A DNA stretch of 64,000 nucleotides from NCBI GenBank assembly GCA_963801605.1, contig CAWDFP010000006.1, forward strand, positions 192,879 to 256,878. The letters run 5' to 3'. The translations under genes were made by a program, and so were the position numbers. The DNA is from an uncultured candidate division Zixibacteria bacterium (lineage in GTDB: Bacteria; Zixibacteria; MSB-5A5; UBA10806). Every line of letters starts with the position of its first letter. Within the stretch, counting starts at the first letter, position 1. Below, piece by piece: positions 39,048 through 48,746 of this stretch. The notes under the pieces were generated by a model. The model was not told the DNA's origin, did no database searches, and worked only from the letters and a program-made list of their open reading frames with translations.

Positions 39048-42000
39048 TCTTGATTGTCTGCCTCTTCTCCCCTGCTTCCAGGCGGGCAAAATAGAGGCCG
39101 GAGGGGAAGGCGGAGGCGTTCCAGATGATTTGATGTTCACCTGCAGCCTCAGGGGCATTTAATAGCGTGGTCACCTTTTGGCCGAGGATGTTAAAGACAG
39201 TAAGCCTAACGGCGCAGCCCGATGCAACCGAATACTTGATAGTCGTAGCCGGGTTAAATGGGTTGGGGTAGTTTTGGGAGAGGGAAAAGGTTAAGGGAAT
39301 TGGTAATTGCTCTGGATTCAAGCCCGTTGCGATGCCAAGCCTTATATCCAGTTTCGAGGTATTGCCTATCAAGACATCGACATCAAGCGTCGTATCCGGA
39401 TATAATTGATGCGAAATGGATAATTGGCGGAGTCCTGGATGGATGCCTGAAAGGGCGAATCGGCCTACTAGGTCGGTTGTGTCGGTTTGTGGATAATTCT
39501 CGACACGAATAATTGCGTTGACAAGCGCCATGGAATCATTGCTAACGGTGCCAACTATCTGGCCATAGCCCTGATACTTTAGAATAAAAAAATAATAGTC
39601 GGTGGCGGTATAAATATAATCGCCTGAGACCAAGACGCCGAAGGTCATACCCTCAGTATCAAATGAACCGCTTAAGGAAGGATGGCTGAAATTATTGGCC
39701 ATATCGAGTATTTTTATGCCATCAAGATAGTTGGCCATGTATGCAAAATCATCCTGTACCCAAATATTAAGGGGAGGAGACTCGCCGAAATCATAATAAA
39801 TTCCGGCATGGGTTGGGTTCGCGGGATCAGAAATATTTATTATTCGGAATAAATTTCTATCAATTTCTCCGACATAAGCATAATTTCCCGAAAGGAAAAG
39901 GCCTTCTAATGCTCCGCGCATGAAAGTAGGAATGCTTCCCTCGAGGTGGGGATTCGCAGGATCTGATATATCAATAATAAGAAACGTATCGCTGAAATTT
40001 ACATAGGCATAATTTCCTCTAACTCTGACATGGCGTCTGGCCCCAAGATTGACCGGTAGAAGATAGCGGCCGACTAAAAATGGTTGTGCGGGATTGTTTA
40101 TATTGAGGATATACATGGAGCCATCCTCATACCACTCGCCTTCAAGAAGAAAGGCGTAATACCCTTGAACATCAATCGAAATCGCCGAATCGGAACGGTA
40201 TGCACCGTAGTGTATAGGCGAAGTGGGATTAGTGATATCAACCACTTCCAAGCCGTAGGAACCTCCAGCAATATATGCTTTATTGTCCTGCAAGCAAATC
40301 TCCCAGGCGTTTCCGGCAAACCCGTAACGATTGATTCTTACGGGCGCCTGCGGATTGGAGATGTCCATTATCTGCACTCCAAGGTTGGATGACGCCGTAT
40401 ACAGATAGTTTCCTCGAATCGCCATTCCGTATGCGTTTCCCGTATTGAAGCAAGAACCAACGAAATCAACTTCACCTGATGGCCGCAGAAGCCCCACGAA
40501 AATCGTCGTATCGCCGAGCATTACATTGATATCCTGAAATATTGAATCATGAAAATCAGAATGAGATATCGCCAAGCTGTATGTGCCCGGCCTGAGTCCG
40601 TTGAGCTCGAATGAGCCGATTGAATCAGTGACAGCGGAAATATCCTTGCCGCTTATTTTTACAAATGCGCCAAGAATTGCGGTATGGGAAGTATCAAATA
40701 CCGCTCCTCTGATGATACAATTTGGCGCCAAAGTAATATCTACCCGCGTTGTGTAATGGTAGTTTACATTTATATTGCCCAATCCATTTTCGACAAATCC
40801 GGGGCATGAATAGGACAAACTGCATGGCCCAGTGTGGATTTGGTCCAACAAAAAATGGCCTTGAACATCTGTTGTGGTTTTAACCCGCGAATCGGCAAGC
40901 TTTATTTCTACACCTTCAATCGGGTTACCGTTCAAATCATTCACATACCCTTCTATGTTCCCACCCGGCATATTTGTTAATCTTAATATTGTCAAATAAT
41001 TGCCGCCTGCCAGATAGATATAATCATTAGAGAGGCATAAATCCCAAACGGGGCTAATAGTATTAAATTGTCGAAATAGTGTAGGCCGTGTCGGATTGCT
41101 TATATTAACTATTTGAAAAATTCCGCCCGCAATATATGCATAATCACCTTGAACGACAATATTGTTGCCTCCATTAGATATTCGAGTAGAACCCACCAAG
41201 TTGGGAGATGATGGATTGGAAACATCGATTATTCGCAAAGATTTAGGCGAATCACCCACAAAATATACATACCTTCCGCGCACATATAGGCTAGTGGAAT
41301 AATTAATGGGGCTAACCCCAACTATCGCGAGATTTGCCGGATTGGTAATATTAATAATAGAAAGACCATGATTTAAATCGGCCGTATACGCATAATTTCC
41401 TTGTGTCTTGACATCAAGGAAATCATGTAATTCCGAACCATATTGGAGAATCCCAATTAGTGTCGGATCCCTCAGATTAGAGATATCATAAGCATAGAAA
41501 TACGGCCCGGCAGCCGTAAACGCATATTGGCCTTGAAGGGAAAGCGATCTGCCATATCCATTTAATAGATCCTCTCCAATCAAAACGGGATAATGAGGAT
41601 TAGAGATATTTACTATTGCGATAGTTCCTGAGCCTAGATAGGCATAATCTCCTCTAAGTTTAAGATCGAAAATTGGATAAGTGATATCTGATAGCCTGCC
41701 AACTAAAGCTAAGCTATCAATATTCGAAATATCCAGAACAAGCAAGCCATCCAATTCAGAATTTATGTATGCGTGATCATCTTTAATGGCAATTCTCGTA
41801 GCGCCGTAATAGGGAAAATAAAAGGTATCAATAAATTGTATCCCGACTGATAGATGTCTTTGCAAGACATTGATGCTCGTTACACTATCCGCAATTACTA
41901 ATATTTCTTCGAGGCAAGTGTCTGCAAAATCTAGGCACCAACAACATACGTCGTAAGCTCCTGGGGATAAATAATTAAATAGAAACGCTCCTGAAGAATC

Positions 42001-42207
42001 GGTGACGCTAGAAATTGAATCTACCACAACGGTGACATTGGCGAGAGGATTATTTGTCCAGGAATCGGTCACAATGCCTGAAATTGCCCCATACCTACCG
42101 GGTTGGGCCAGAGCGCCTATGGAAATATAGAAGACGAACAGGATGCAAATGAAGGCGGGGAATGTTTTTGCCATTTTGGGTTTAATAGACATTGATAATT
42201 TCATCAT
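39031..42207 (-). CDS. large LVIVD-repeat T9SS cargo protein with carboxypeptidase-regulatory-like Ig domains, array copy 1
   Basis: AGGAGG SD before ATGATG at 42202-42207. CarboxypepD_reg-like segments are present (GAISGIVTDSWTNNPLANVTVVV.., IEGYVNDLNGNPIEGVEIKL.., IVGTVSND..), along with LVIVD units and [26 protein letters not shown]. Confidence 0.85.
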   Translation of the reverse strand: MMKLSMSIKPKMAKTFPAFICILFVFYISIGALAQPGRYGAISGIVTDSWTNNPLANVTVVVDSISSVTDSSGAFLFNYLSPGAYDVCCWCLDFADTCLEEILVIADSVTSINVLQRHLSVGIQFIDTFYFPYYGATRIAIKDDHAYINSELDGLLVLDISNIDSLALVGRLSDITYPIFDLKLRGDYAYLGSGTIAIVNISNPHYPVLIGEDLLNGYGRSLSLQGQYAFTAAGPYFYAYDISNLRDPTLIGILQYGSELHDFLDVKTQGNYAYTADLNHGLSIINITNPANLAIVGVSPINYSTSLYVRGRYVYFVGDSPKSLRIIDVSNPSSPNLVGSTRISNGGNNIVVQGDYAYIAGGIFQIVNISNPTRPTLFRQFNTISPVWDLCLSNDYIYLAGGNYLTILRLTNMPGGNIEGYVNDLNGNPIEGVEIKLADSRVKTTTDVQGHFLLDQIHTGPCSLSYSCPGFVENGLGNINVNYHYTTRVDITLAPNCIIRGAVFDTSHTAILGAFVKISGKDISAVTDSIGSFELNGLRPGTYSLAISHSDFHDSIFQDINVMLGDTTIFVGLLRPSGEVDFVGSCFNTGNAYGMAIRGNYLYTASSNLGVQIMDISNPQAPVRINRYGFAGNAWEICLQDNKAYIAGGSYGLEVVDITNPTSPIHYGAYRSDSAISIDVQGYYAFLLEGEWYEDGSMYILNINNPAQPFLVGRYLLPVNLGARRHVRVRGNYAYVNFSDTFLIIDISDPANPHLEGSIPTFMRGALEGLFLSGNYAYVGEIDRNLFRIINISDPANPTHAGIYYDFGESPPLNIWVQDDFAYMANYLDGIKILDMANNFSHPSLSGSFDTEGMTFGVLVSGDYIYTATDYYFFILKYQGYGQIVGTVSNDSMALVNAIIRVENYPQTDTTDLVGRFALSGIHPGLRQLSISHQLYPDTTLDVDVLIGNTSKLDIRLGIATGLNPEQLPIPLTFSLSQNYPNPFNPATTIKYSVASGCAVRLTVFNILGQKVTTLLNAPEAAGEHQIIWNASAFPSGLYFARLEAGEKRQTIKMVLLK

Positions 42208-42487
42208 CAACCTCCTAAACCACATTTGGTTTTCGGGCCCGAAACTGAGGGAAATTTATGGATAGGAAATTTAGTCTATTAAATGGTTCTTGGCAAGTGA
42301 ATTATAATCGGTTCTCCCCTCCAACTTCCCATTTGACATTACCCCCCTTTGAGTTATCTTGAATTATTCAAGTGCGGTCAAGGGCCCGATCCTGACCGGA
42401 ATCAGTTCTTTGCGTCGGGTTCGGGGACCTGACGACACAATGATTTTTCATGGAAAGAATAAGCCGCGTTAAGCGTATAACAATAGA

Positions 42488-43165
42488 ATGAAAAAGCTCG
42501 CTTTAGCTCTCCTGGCATTCTCATTTATGGCCGTCATTTCCGATGGCCAATCCCAAAAAGCCGCTAACCCATCGGCGGTTACAATCGCCCGTCTAAAATA
42601 CGACGGCGGCGGCAACTGGTATTGGGGCCGATCCGCTATCCCTAATATGCACAAGTATTTAGCTGAGAACACCTCGATTCAGGTCGAGGACCGCGAAGTG
42701 GTCGTTACGGCCACCGATCCGGACCTTTTCAAATACCCATTCCTGTTTTTGACAGGGCATGGCAATATAAAATTTTCCGATGATGAAGTGACGGCCCTGC
42801 GAACCTATCTCGAAAACGGCGGATTCCTCTTTGCAAACGACAGCTATAGTCTAAATGAGGCATTCCGACGAGAAATGGCGCGTGTATTCCCCGACAAACA
42901 ACTTGTCGAACTGCCCTTTTCTCATCCGATTTATCATCAGCTTTATGATTTCCCCAACGGCCTGCCGAAGATTCATCAGCATGACGGCAAACCGCCGCAG
43001 GGATTTGCGATAATAATCGATGGCCGGGTGGCCGTCTTTTTCGACTTCGAATCAGATATCGGGGACGGCTGGGAGGACGCCGAGGTTTATAATGATCCTC
43101 CGGAAAAGCATCTGGCAGCCCTTCGCATAGGCGCCAATTTAGTGTCCTATGCCTTGACGCATTAA
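42488..43165 (+). CDS. DUF4159-domain exported protein
   Basis: Signal peptide. ..ARLKYDGGGNWYWGRSAIPN.. and ..FLFLTGHGNIKFSDDEVTALRTYLENGGFLFANDSY.. Confidence 0.75.
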   Translation: MKKLALALLAFSFMAVISDGQSQKAANPSAVTIARLKYDGGGNWYWGRSAIPNMHKYLAENTSIQVEDREVVVTATDPDLFKYPFLFLTGHGNIKFSDDEVTALRTYLENGGFLFANDSYSLNEAFRREMARVFPDKQLVELPFSHPIYHQLYDFPNGLPKIHQHDGKPPQGFAIIIDGRVAVFFDFESDIGDGWEDAEVYNDPPEKHLAALRIGANLVSYALTH

Positions 43166-43173
43166 GAGGTCGT

Positions 43174-46100
43174 ATGCCGCAGGAACAATATTCGGGAATA
43201 GTGGCCCGTCTACGAGCACTGCAAGCCAAAATGGCCGGACTCGACGCCGCCCGCGGCCTGGTCCGATGCTTAAGTCTGCTGATTTTGGCGTTTGTGCTTC
43301 TGGTGTTGCTGACAAAAATAGTTTGGCCGTCAAGCACCCTCAGGATTATTATTGATTTGATTATCATACTGGGATTAGCCGCTGCCTTTTATTTTTTCGT
43401 GATAAAGCCATATACTCAACGCCAGGGATTTTTAGCTCTCGCCAGGCTTTTGGAAACAAAGTATGGCAAGTTTCAATCGCGCCTGATCGCCGCCCTTGAG
43501 CTTCATGAGACTGCCGTAAAAAACCGCGAGGGTTACTCGCTGGAGCTGATCGAAAAGACAATCGATGAAGCCGGCGGTGTGATCGCGGATATCGATATCA
43601 ATGCGGTTGTAAATTACAGACCGATACGCCGTTCAATTTCGCGTTTGGCGGTAGCGTTGGTGGTGATATTATCGGTGTCGTTCCTAAATTCCACATCAGC
43701 CTATAACGCCTGGATGCTCTTTACTCATCCGACAGCAAATTTGGAGAAGCCGCCTGAATTTTCACTTACGATTAAGCCCGACGGCGGTGAGATTTTCAGA
43801 AATACTGATTTGGCAGTACAAGCCAAGGCAGATGGCAGGATTCCTCGTCACGTAGATCTTTACTATAAATTTGAGGATGGCGCCTGGACATCCGAAGCGA
43901 TGGGGCGAAGCGATAGTATCTCTCTGGCAACGTTTGCTTATACATTTAAGAAGGTCAAGCGTTCAGTCGATATTTATGCCAAATCGGGCGGAGTGAGCTC
44001 GCGCCGAGCGCATCTCGAAATTGTCGATCCGCCACGGCTGACCGATATCTCCCTAACATTTGATTACCCGCAATATTCGGGTTTACCGCAATCGCATGGC
44101 AATCCCAATGATGGCAACGTGGCTGCCCTGCGCGGGACAAAAATCACAATTACGGCCTCGAGTAATAAGCCTCTTTCGGAATGTTATCAGCTATTTGCCG
44201 ATTCAGCGCGGGTCCCGCTTGAAGTCGATGGCGACAAAATCTCCGGCGGATTCGCAGTCAAAGATAACGGGCGATATACGCTTATCATGAAAGACAAGGC
44301 GGGTCGGATCAACCCTGAGCCTATTTGGTATGATATTCAGGCAATGGACGATTACCCTCCAACTATAACAATCCGTTTTCCCGGAGCCGACATTGATCTC
44401 GATGAGCATATTACCCTCCCGCTTGAACTGGGTATCACGGACGATTATGGATTTGACAAGCTGAACTTGGTTTATTGGATGCAATCGGAAGGGGGCCAGA
44501 CCGAACCGGTTAAAGAAGCTATTAAAATTCCGGATAAACGAACGCTCGATCAGGTAGTTGATTATACATGGAGCCTGCAAAGCCTGAATCCTTTGCCGGG
44601 AGATCTTATTTTTTATTATTGCGAGGTTGCCGATAACGATATAGTCTCCGGCCCCAAATGGGCCAAATCGCGGACTTTCAGCGCTCGGCTGCCCAATCTG
44701 GATGAAATTTTGGCCGATGTTCAGGGGTCGCAAGAACAGCAGATGGAATCGCTCGATCAAGCCCTAAAAAATCAGAAGGACCTTCAAAAGCAGATCGAGG
44801 ATATCGCCCGCGAGATGCAAAAAACATCCAATGTAAATTGGGAGAAAAAACAGCAGGCTCAACAGGTTCTCGAAAAACAGCAGGAAGTTGCCAAAAAAAT
44901 CGAAGAGCTTTCCAAAGACATGCAAAGCAATCTCGATAAGCTGGAAAACAATAAGCTTGTCGGAGAACAGATTGCGGAAAAGATGCAGCAGTTACAGCAG
45001 CTTATGGAAGAAGTTGCACCGCCGGAATTAAAAGATGCCATGCAAAAGCTGCAGGACGCACTGCAAAAAATGGACCCAGAGGCGCTTAAGAAAGCTCTTC
45101 AACAGTTTCAATTGACATCAGAGCAGCTTCTTGAAAACCTGGAACGCACTATATCCCTGATGCAAAAGCTGGCCATTGAACAGAAGATGGATATGCTGGT
45201 GCAGATGGCCGAAAAGATTAATGAAGCCCAAAAAGAAATAAACAAAGCTGTCGACGCGGCCAGGGATTCCTCCGAACTAGCCAAACAACAATCGCCGGAA
45301 AACATCAACTCATCCGATTGTAAATCCTTGCAGAAACAGTTTGACGAGCTTCTGAAGATGGACGAAAAAGAGCAGATGGTCCCCAAGAATGAGAAAGCCG
45401 ACGCAACTGAAAAAGTCAACAACCCCGAGATCCAGCAGGATTTCCTTCAGATGAATCCCAGCCTGTGCAGCGGCGGGAAACCAAGCAGCCAGAAAACCGG
45501 TAAAAAACTACAAAGCGAACTCTCTGATATGGCTGATGCCCTGAAGAAAGCGCAACAAGCAATGCAGAATGAGCAGAAGATGGAGATCGCCAAGAAAATG
45601 CAAAAAGCCGCCGAAGACCTGCTCTATCTTTCGGGACGTCAGGAAAATCTGCTTGATTCCACCAAGACCAATTTGACAACAGGCGATGGCCTGCGCCGGA
45701 TGGCCTCAAATCAGATGCAGATCGCCAATGCTTCAGCGCGGATCGCAGATAATATCTCGGAGCTTTCCAAAGAAAGTATCTTTATTAATATGGCCTTGAT
45801 GAATCTTCTGGGATCATCCCTTTCAAATATGAATATTGCCACCGATCAGCTCGATAAACGCTTTGCGCCTGGGGCGATCCAAAACGAACAACTGGCCATG
45901 TCGAATCTTAACAAAACAGTTTATCTCCTTCTTGACGCCCGCAATAACGCCATGAACTCCGGGTCCGGTTCGGGAATGCAGGAGATGATGCAGCAGATGC
46001 AGAAAATGTCGGAAATGCAGGCCGGAATTAACGGCCAGACCATGATGCAAATGCCGCAGCCGGGAATGTCGATGAACTTCGGCCAGCAACAGGCTATGGG

Positions 46101-46530
46101 GCAATTGGCCGCCCAGCAGGAAGCGCTTCGCCAGCAGCTTCAGGAGATGAACGATCAATTCGGAAAACAAGGCGATATGTTAGGAAGACTCGACCAGCTT
46201 GGCGAAGAAATGAAAAAAGTTGTTGACGATATGCAAAGATCGAAAGTCAATCAGGAAACGATAAAGCGTCAAGAGGGAATCTTAACCAGGCTTCTTGATG
46301 CTCAGAAGTCTGTCAACCGCCGCGACTATTCCAAAAAACGCCAGGCGGAAACCGGAGAGGATATCGTCAGAAAAAGCCCCTTATTGCCGGATGAACTGGC
46401 CAAAGGTCAGGGAGAGCTTTCGGAAATGATTAAGAAAGCGCTCGAAGAACAGTATCCCAGACAATATGATAAACTGATCAAAGCTTATTTCAAATCATTC
46501 CAAAACCAGGAAGTCCAGAATGAAAAATAA
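43174..46530 (+). CDS. 1118-aa membrane-anchored, Q/K/E-rich coiled-coil protein (DUF4175-like)
   Basis: N-terminal TM helices, a beta-rich middle region, and a long low-complexity coiled coil (..QQLQQLMEEV.., ..MQQMQKMSEMQ..). It starts 9 nt after the DUF4159 gene. Confidence 0.6.
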   Translation: MPQEQYSGIVARLRALQAKMAGLDAARGLVRCLSLLILAFVLLVLLTKIVWPSSTLRIIIDLIIILGLAAAFYFFVIKPYTQRQGFLALARLLETKYGKFQSRLIAALELHETAVKNREGYSLELIEKTIDEAGGVIADIDINAVVNYRPIRRSISRLAVALVVILSVSFLNSTSAYNAWMLFTHPTANLEKPPEFSLTIKPDGGEIFRNTDLAVQAKADGRIPRHVDLYYKFEDGAWTSEAMGRSDSISLATFAYTFKKVKRSVDIYAKSGGVSSRRAHLEIVDPPRLTDISLTFDYPQYSGLPQSHGNPNDGNVAALRGTKITITASSNKPLSECYQLFADSARVPLEVDGDKISGGFAVKDNGRYTLIMKDKAGRINPEPIWYDIQAMDDYPPTITIRFPGADIDLDEHITLPLELGITDDYGFDKLNLVYWMQSEGGQTEPVKEAIKIPDKRTLDQVVDYTWSLQSLNPLPGDLIFYYCEVADNDIVSGPKWAKSRTFSARLPNLDEILADVQGSQEQQMESLDQALKNQKDLQKQIEDIAREMQKTSNVNWEKKQQAQQVLEKQQEVAKKIEELSKDMQSNLDKLENNKLVGEQIAEKMQQLQQLMEEVAPPELKDAMQKLQDALQKMDPEALKKALQQFQLTSEQLLENLERTISLMQKLAIEQKMDMLVQMAEKINEAQKEINKAVDAARDSSELAKQQSPENINSSDCKSLQKQFDELLKMDEKEQMVPKNEKADATEKVNNPEIQQDFLQMNPSLCSGGKPSSQKTGKKLQSELSDMADALKKAQQAMQNEQKMEIAKKMQKAAEDLLYLSGRQENLLDSTKTNLTTGDGLRRMASNQMQIANASARIADNISELSKESIFINMALMNLLGSSLSNMNIATDQLDKRFAPGAIQNEQLAMSNLNKTVYLLLDARNNAMNSGSGSGMQEMMQQMQKMSEMQAGINGQTMMQMPQPGMSMNFGQQQAMGQLAAQQEALRQQLQEMNDQFGKQGDMLGRLDQLGEEMKKVVDDMQRSKVNQETIKRQEGILTRLLDAQKSVNRRDYSKKRQAETGEDIVRKSPLLPDELAKGQGELSEMIKKALEEQYPRQYDKLIKAYFKSFQNQEVQNEK

Positions 46531-48346
46531 AGCGTTTTTCATTCTGGCTTTATTGGCTTTGGCAACGCTGTCTATATCAAGCGTAAATGCCCAGATCCTG
46601 CCCAAAATCAGCCCCGACGGCGATAAGCTAAATGACGATTTGTCGGCCGTTTCGAGTCTCCTGAGAATGGGCGAGATGGCGCGGGCTATCGCGCTTCTCG
46701 ATCACCTAAAAACCGATTACGGTGATGATACCCGAATCAGGGCATATTATAAATTAGCTTATAAGGAAAATAAACAATACCCGGAACTCGAGAAAATAAT
46801 AAGAGATGACTTATCCCGTGATCCTCAAAACCCGTACCTGATTACCGAACTTGGCGAGGCCAGATTCCTTCAAAACGATCAAACCGGGGCGGATTCACTT
46901 TGGAATCTAGCTTTGAAAGTCGGGCGCCTCGATGAAAATACTTACCGGCTTGTAGCTGATAATATGATGCGTTATGGTTTGTATGAATCGGCAATTGATA
47001 TCTTTCAAAAGGGAAGACAAAGTTTAAGCCGTCCCACGGCATTTGCGCCGGAACTTGCTAATCTTTATGAAACTCAAAGAGATTATCCAAAGGCGATCGG
47101 GGAATATATTACCCAGGTGCTTTTTGATCCGTCTCAAATCGGTATCGTCACCCTAAAAATCAGGGGATATCTTGAGGATACCGATAATCCCGGGCAAATT
47201 ATCGATGCGGTTTCAGCCAAAATCAAGGAAACCCCCAACCATACCGAGTTATATGAAATCCTGGGGGATCTTTATATCAAGCAAAATGAAATGGATAAAG
47301 CCCTGGAATGCTATCGAACTATCAGCGCCAAACAGAATGACGATGGTCAGGCGCTTGTCAAGTTTGCCGCTCGCGCTTATGATTCCAAGGTATATGGCAC
47401 TGCAATCAGCGCGGCGGACGATTATCTTAGGGTCACTCAAAAAGGCTCATATAAAGAATTAGCTCTTTCGATAAAGGCTAAATCTCAATTAAAAGCGGGC
47501 CTGGTAGATCAAGCCCTGGCCGGATTCGAATCTTTAACGAAAGCGTCGGATTTTCATATCAGGGATGACGCCGGTTATATGCGTGGCCTGATTTATGCTC
47601 AAAATAAAAACGACTGCGATTCGGCCCTGGCGATCTGGAATAACATACAGCAAAACGCCCAGGATATAAGTCTACAGGGCCGGGCCTGGCTCGAAATGGC
47701 GGTTTGTTATCTCAAGAAGGACGACCTTCTTGCCGGCGAAAACCTCCTTAAGCAAGTTGTCTCGGGCAAGTTGCCTGATAGCAGTATGGAAAAGGCGGCG
47801 TTTTTATTAAGCGAGATGACGTTCTATAGAGGTAATTTCAAAGACGCCGGCGAGGAGTTCAAGGCGCTTATCAGGCAGTACCCCCAAGGCGATCATGCTA
47901 ACGATGCCTTGATTAGGATTGACGTCATCTCTTTAAGCGGGGAGGATTCGACTAACCAAAGCTTTCTTTCCAAATTCGCTTTGGCTATGAAAGCTCAGCT
48001 TTTTGGAAAACCGCTGGAAACTGCGGCTATTCTTTCTGATACTATTTTTGAAAATTCGCCGATTGCCGAGCAAGCCGCGTTTTATGCTGCGAATGCATTT
48101 GCCAATGCAGGAATACGGCAAAACGCTATTGATGCTTTTAAGGGATATATAGAAAAATTCCCCGACGGGCTTTATATCGATCGCGCTTATTTAGGATTAG
48201 GCGATCTTTACATGCAGGACGCAGCCACATACGGCAGCGCCAAGGCTGCTTATGATAAAATATTAGAGTCTTTTCCCAATGGACCGGCTACAGAGCTTGC
48301 CAGACAACGGTTACTGCAACTTACCGCCCCGGGGAAAATCGGTTAG
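46520..48346 (+). CDS. TPR-repeat exported protein
   Basis: Signal peptide MKNKAFFILALLALATLSISSVNAQ and TPR-like repeats throughout. It overlaps the upstream gene by 11 nt. Confidence 0.75.
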   Translation: MKNKAFFILALLALATLSISSVNAQILPKISPDGDKLNDDLSAVSSLLRMGEMARAIALLDHLKTDYGDDTRIRAYYKLAYKENKQYPELEKIIRDDLSRDPQNPYLITELGEARFLQNDQTGADSLWNLALKVGRLDENTYRLVADNMMRYGLYESAIDIFQKGRQSLSRPTAFAPELANLYETQRDYPKAIGEYITQVLFDPSQIGIVTLKIRGYLEDTDNPGQIIDAVSAKIKETPNHTELYEILGDLYIKQNEMDKALECYRTISAKQNDDGQALVKFAARAYDSKVYGTAISAADDYLRVTQKGSYKELALSIKAKSQLKAGLVDQALAGFESLTKASDFHIRDDAGYMRGLIYAQNKNDCDSALAIWNNIQQNAQDISLQGRAWLEMAVCYLKKDDLLAGENLLKQVVSGKLPDSSMEKAAFLLSEMTFYRGNFKDAGEEFKALIRQYPQGDHANDALIRIDVISLSGEDSTNQSFLSKFALAMKAQLFGKPLETAAILSDTIFENSPIAEQAAFYAANAFANAGIRQNAIDAFKGYIEKFPDGLYIDRAYLGLGDLYMQDAATYGSAKAAYDKILESFPNGPATELARQRLLQLTAPGKIG

Positions 48347-48615
48347 TGAGCAGATTCTTTCTCGGCAGGCTTACGCTGCTGGGCCGCAGTACTGGCCTTA
48401 AATCGGGTAAGCTCTTCCTCAAGATCGGTAACTTTGGCAATAAGGCCTTCGACTCTTTTAATTTTCATTTTCATACTGGTCCGAACCAGAAGGCCAAGTG
48501 AAATGAGCATGAAAATAACGGAATCGACCCGGCGGAAAATTTCGCCATAGCCAAAGAAGGTATCCAGAAAGGCTAGAACCCCGAGGATAAATAGAATAAC
48601 GCACCATGCCAACAT
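48343..48615 (-). CDS. small two-TM membrane protein with C-terminal coiled coil
   Basis: 90-aa ORF, convergent with the TPR gene. Confidence 0.45.
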   Translation of the reverse strand: MLAWCVILFILGVLAFLDTFFGYGEIFRRVDSVIFMLISLGLLVRTSMKMKIKRVEGLIAKVTDLEEELTRFKASTAAQQRKPAEKESAH

Positions 48616-48746
48616 ATTTCCTCCAAATTAAATTGACTCCTATTATGATGTCGACAGGCGGGGAACCTTTCTTAAGCCGGAGAATTAAAAATTGACAAAA
48701 CTGTGCTCGGTGACTATGTTGAGTGGTTTGATATTTAAGGAGGCGC

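Noticed and set aside
27396-42225. The ~2.1-3.2-kb periodic repeats in the LVIVD array as a CRISPR-like or other non-coding repeat array.
   Set aside because: The repeats are the coding 3' ends (T9SS sorting domains) and signal-peptide regions of paralogous genes. No short repeat/spacer structure exists anywhere in the window.
42729-43367. 212-aa minus-strand ORF, and the similar antisense ORFs 44203..44760, 45108..45422 and 45823..46170.
   Set aside because: They are antisense to the DUF4159 and coiled-coil genes. They are Arg/Ser/Pro-rich shadow frames.
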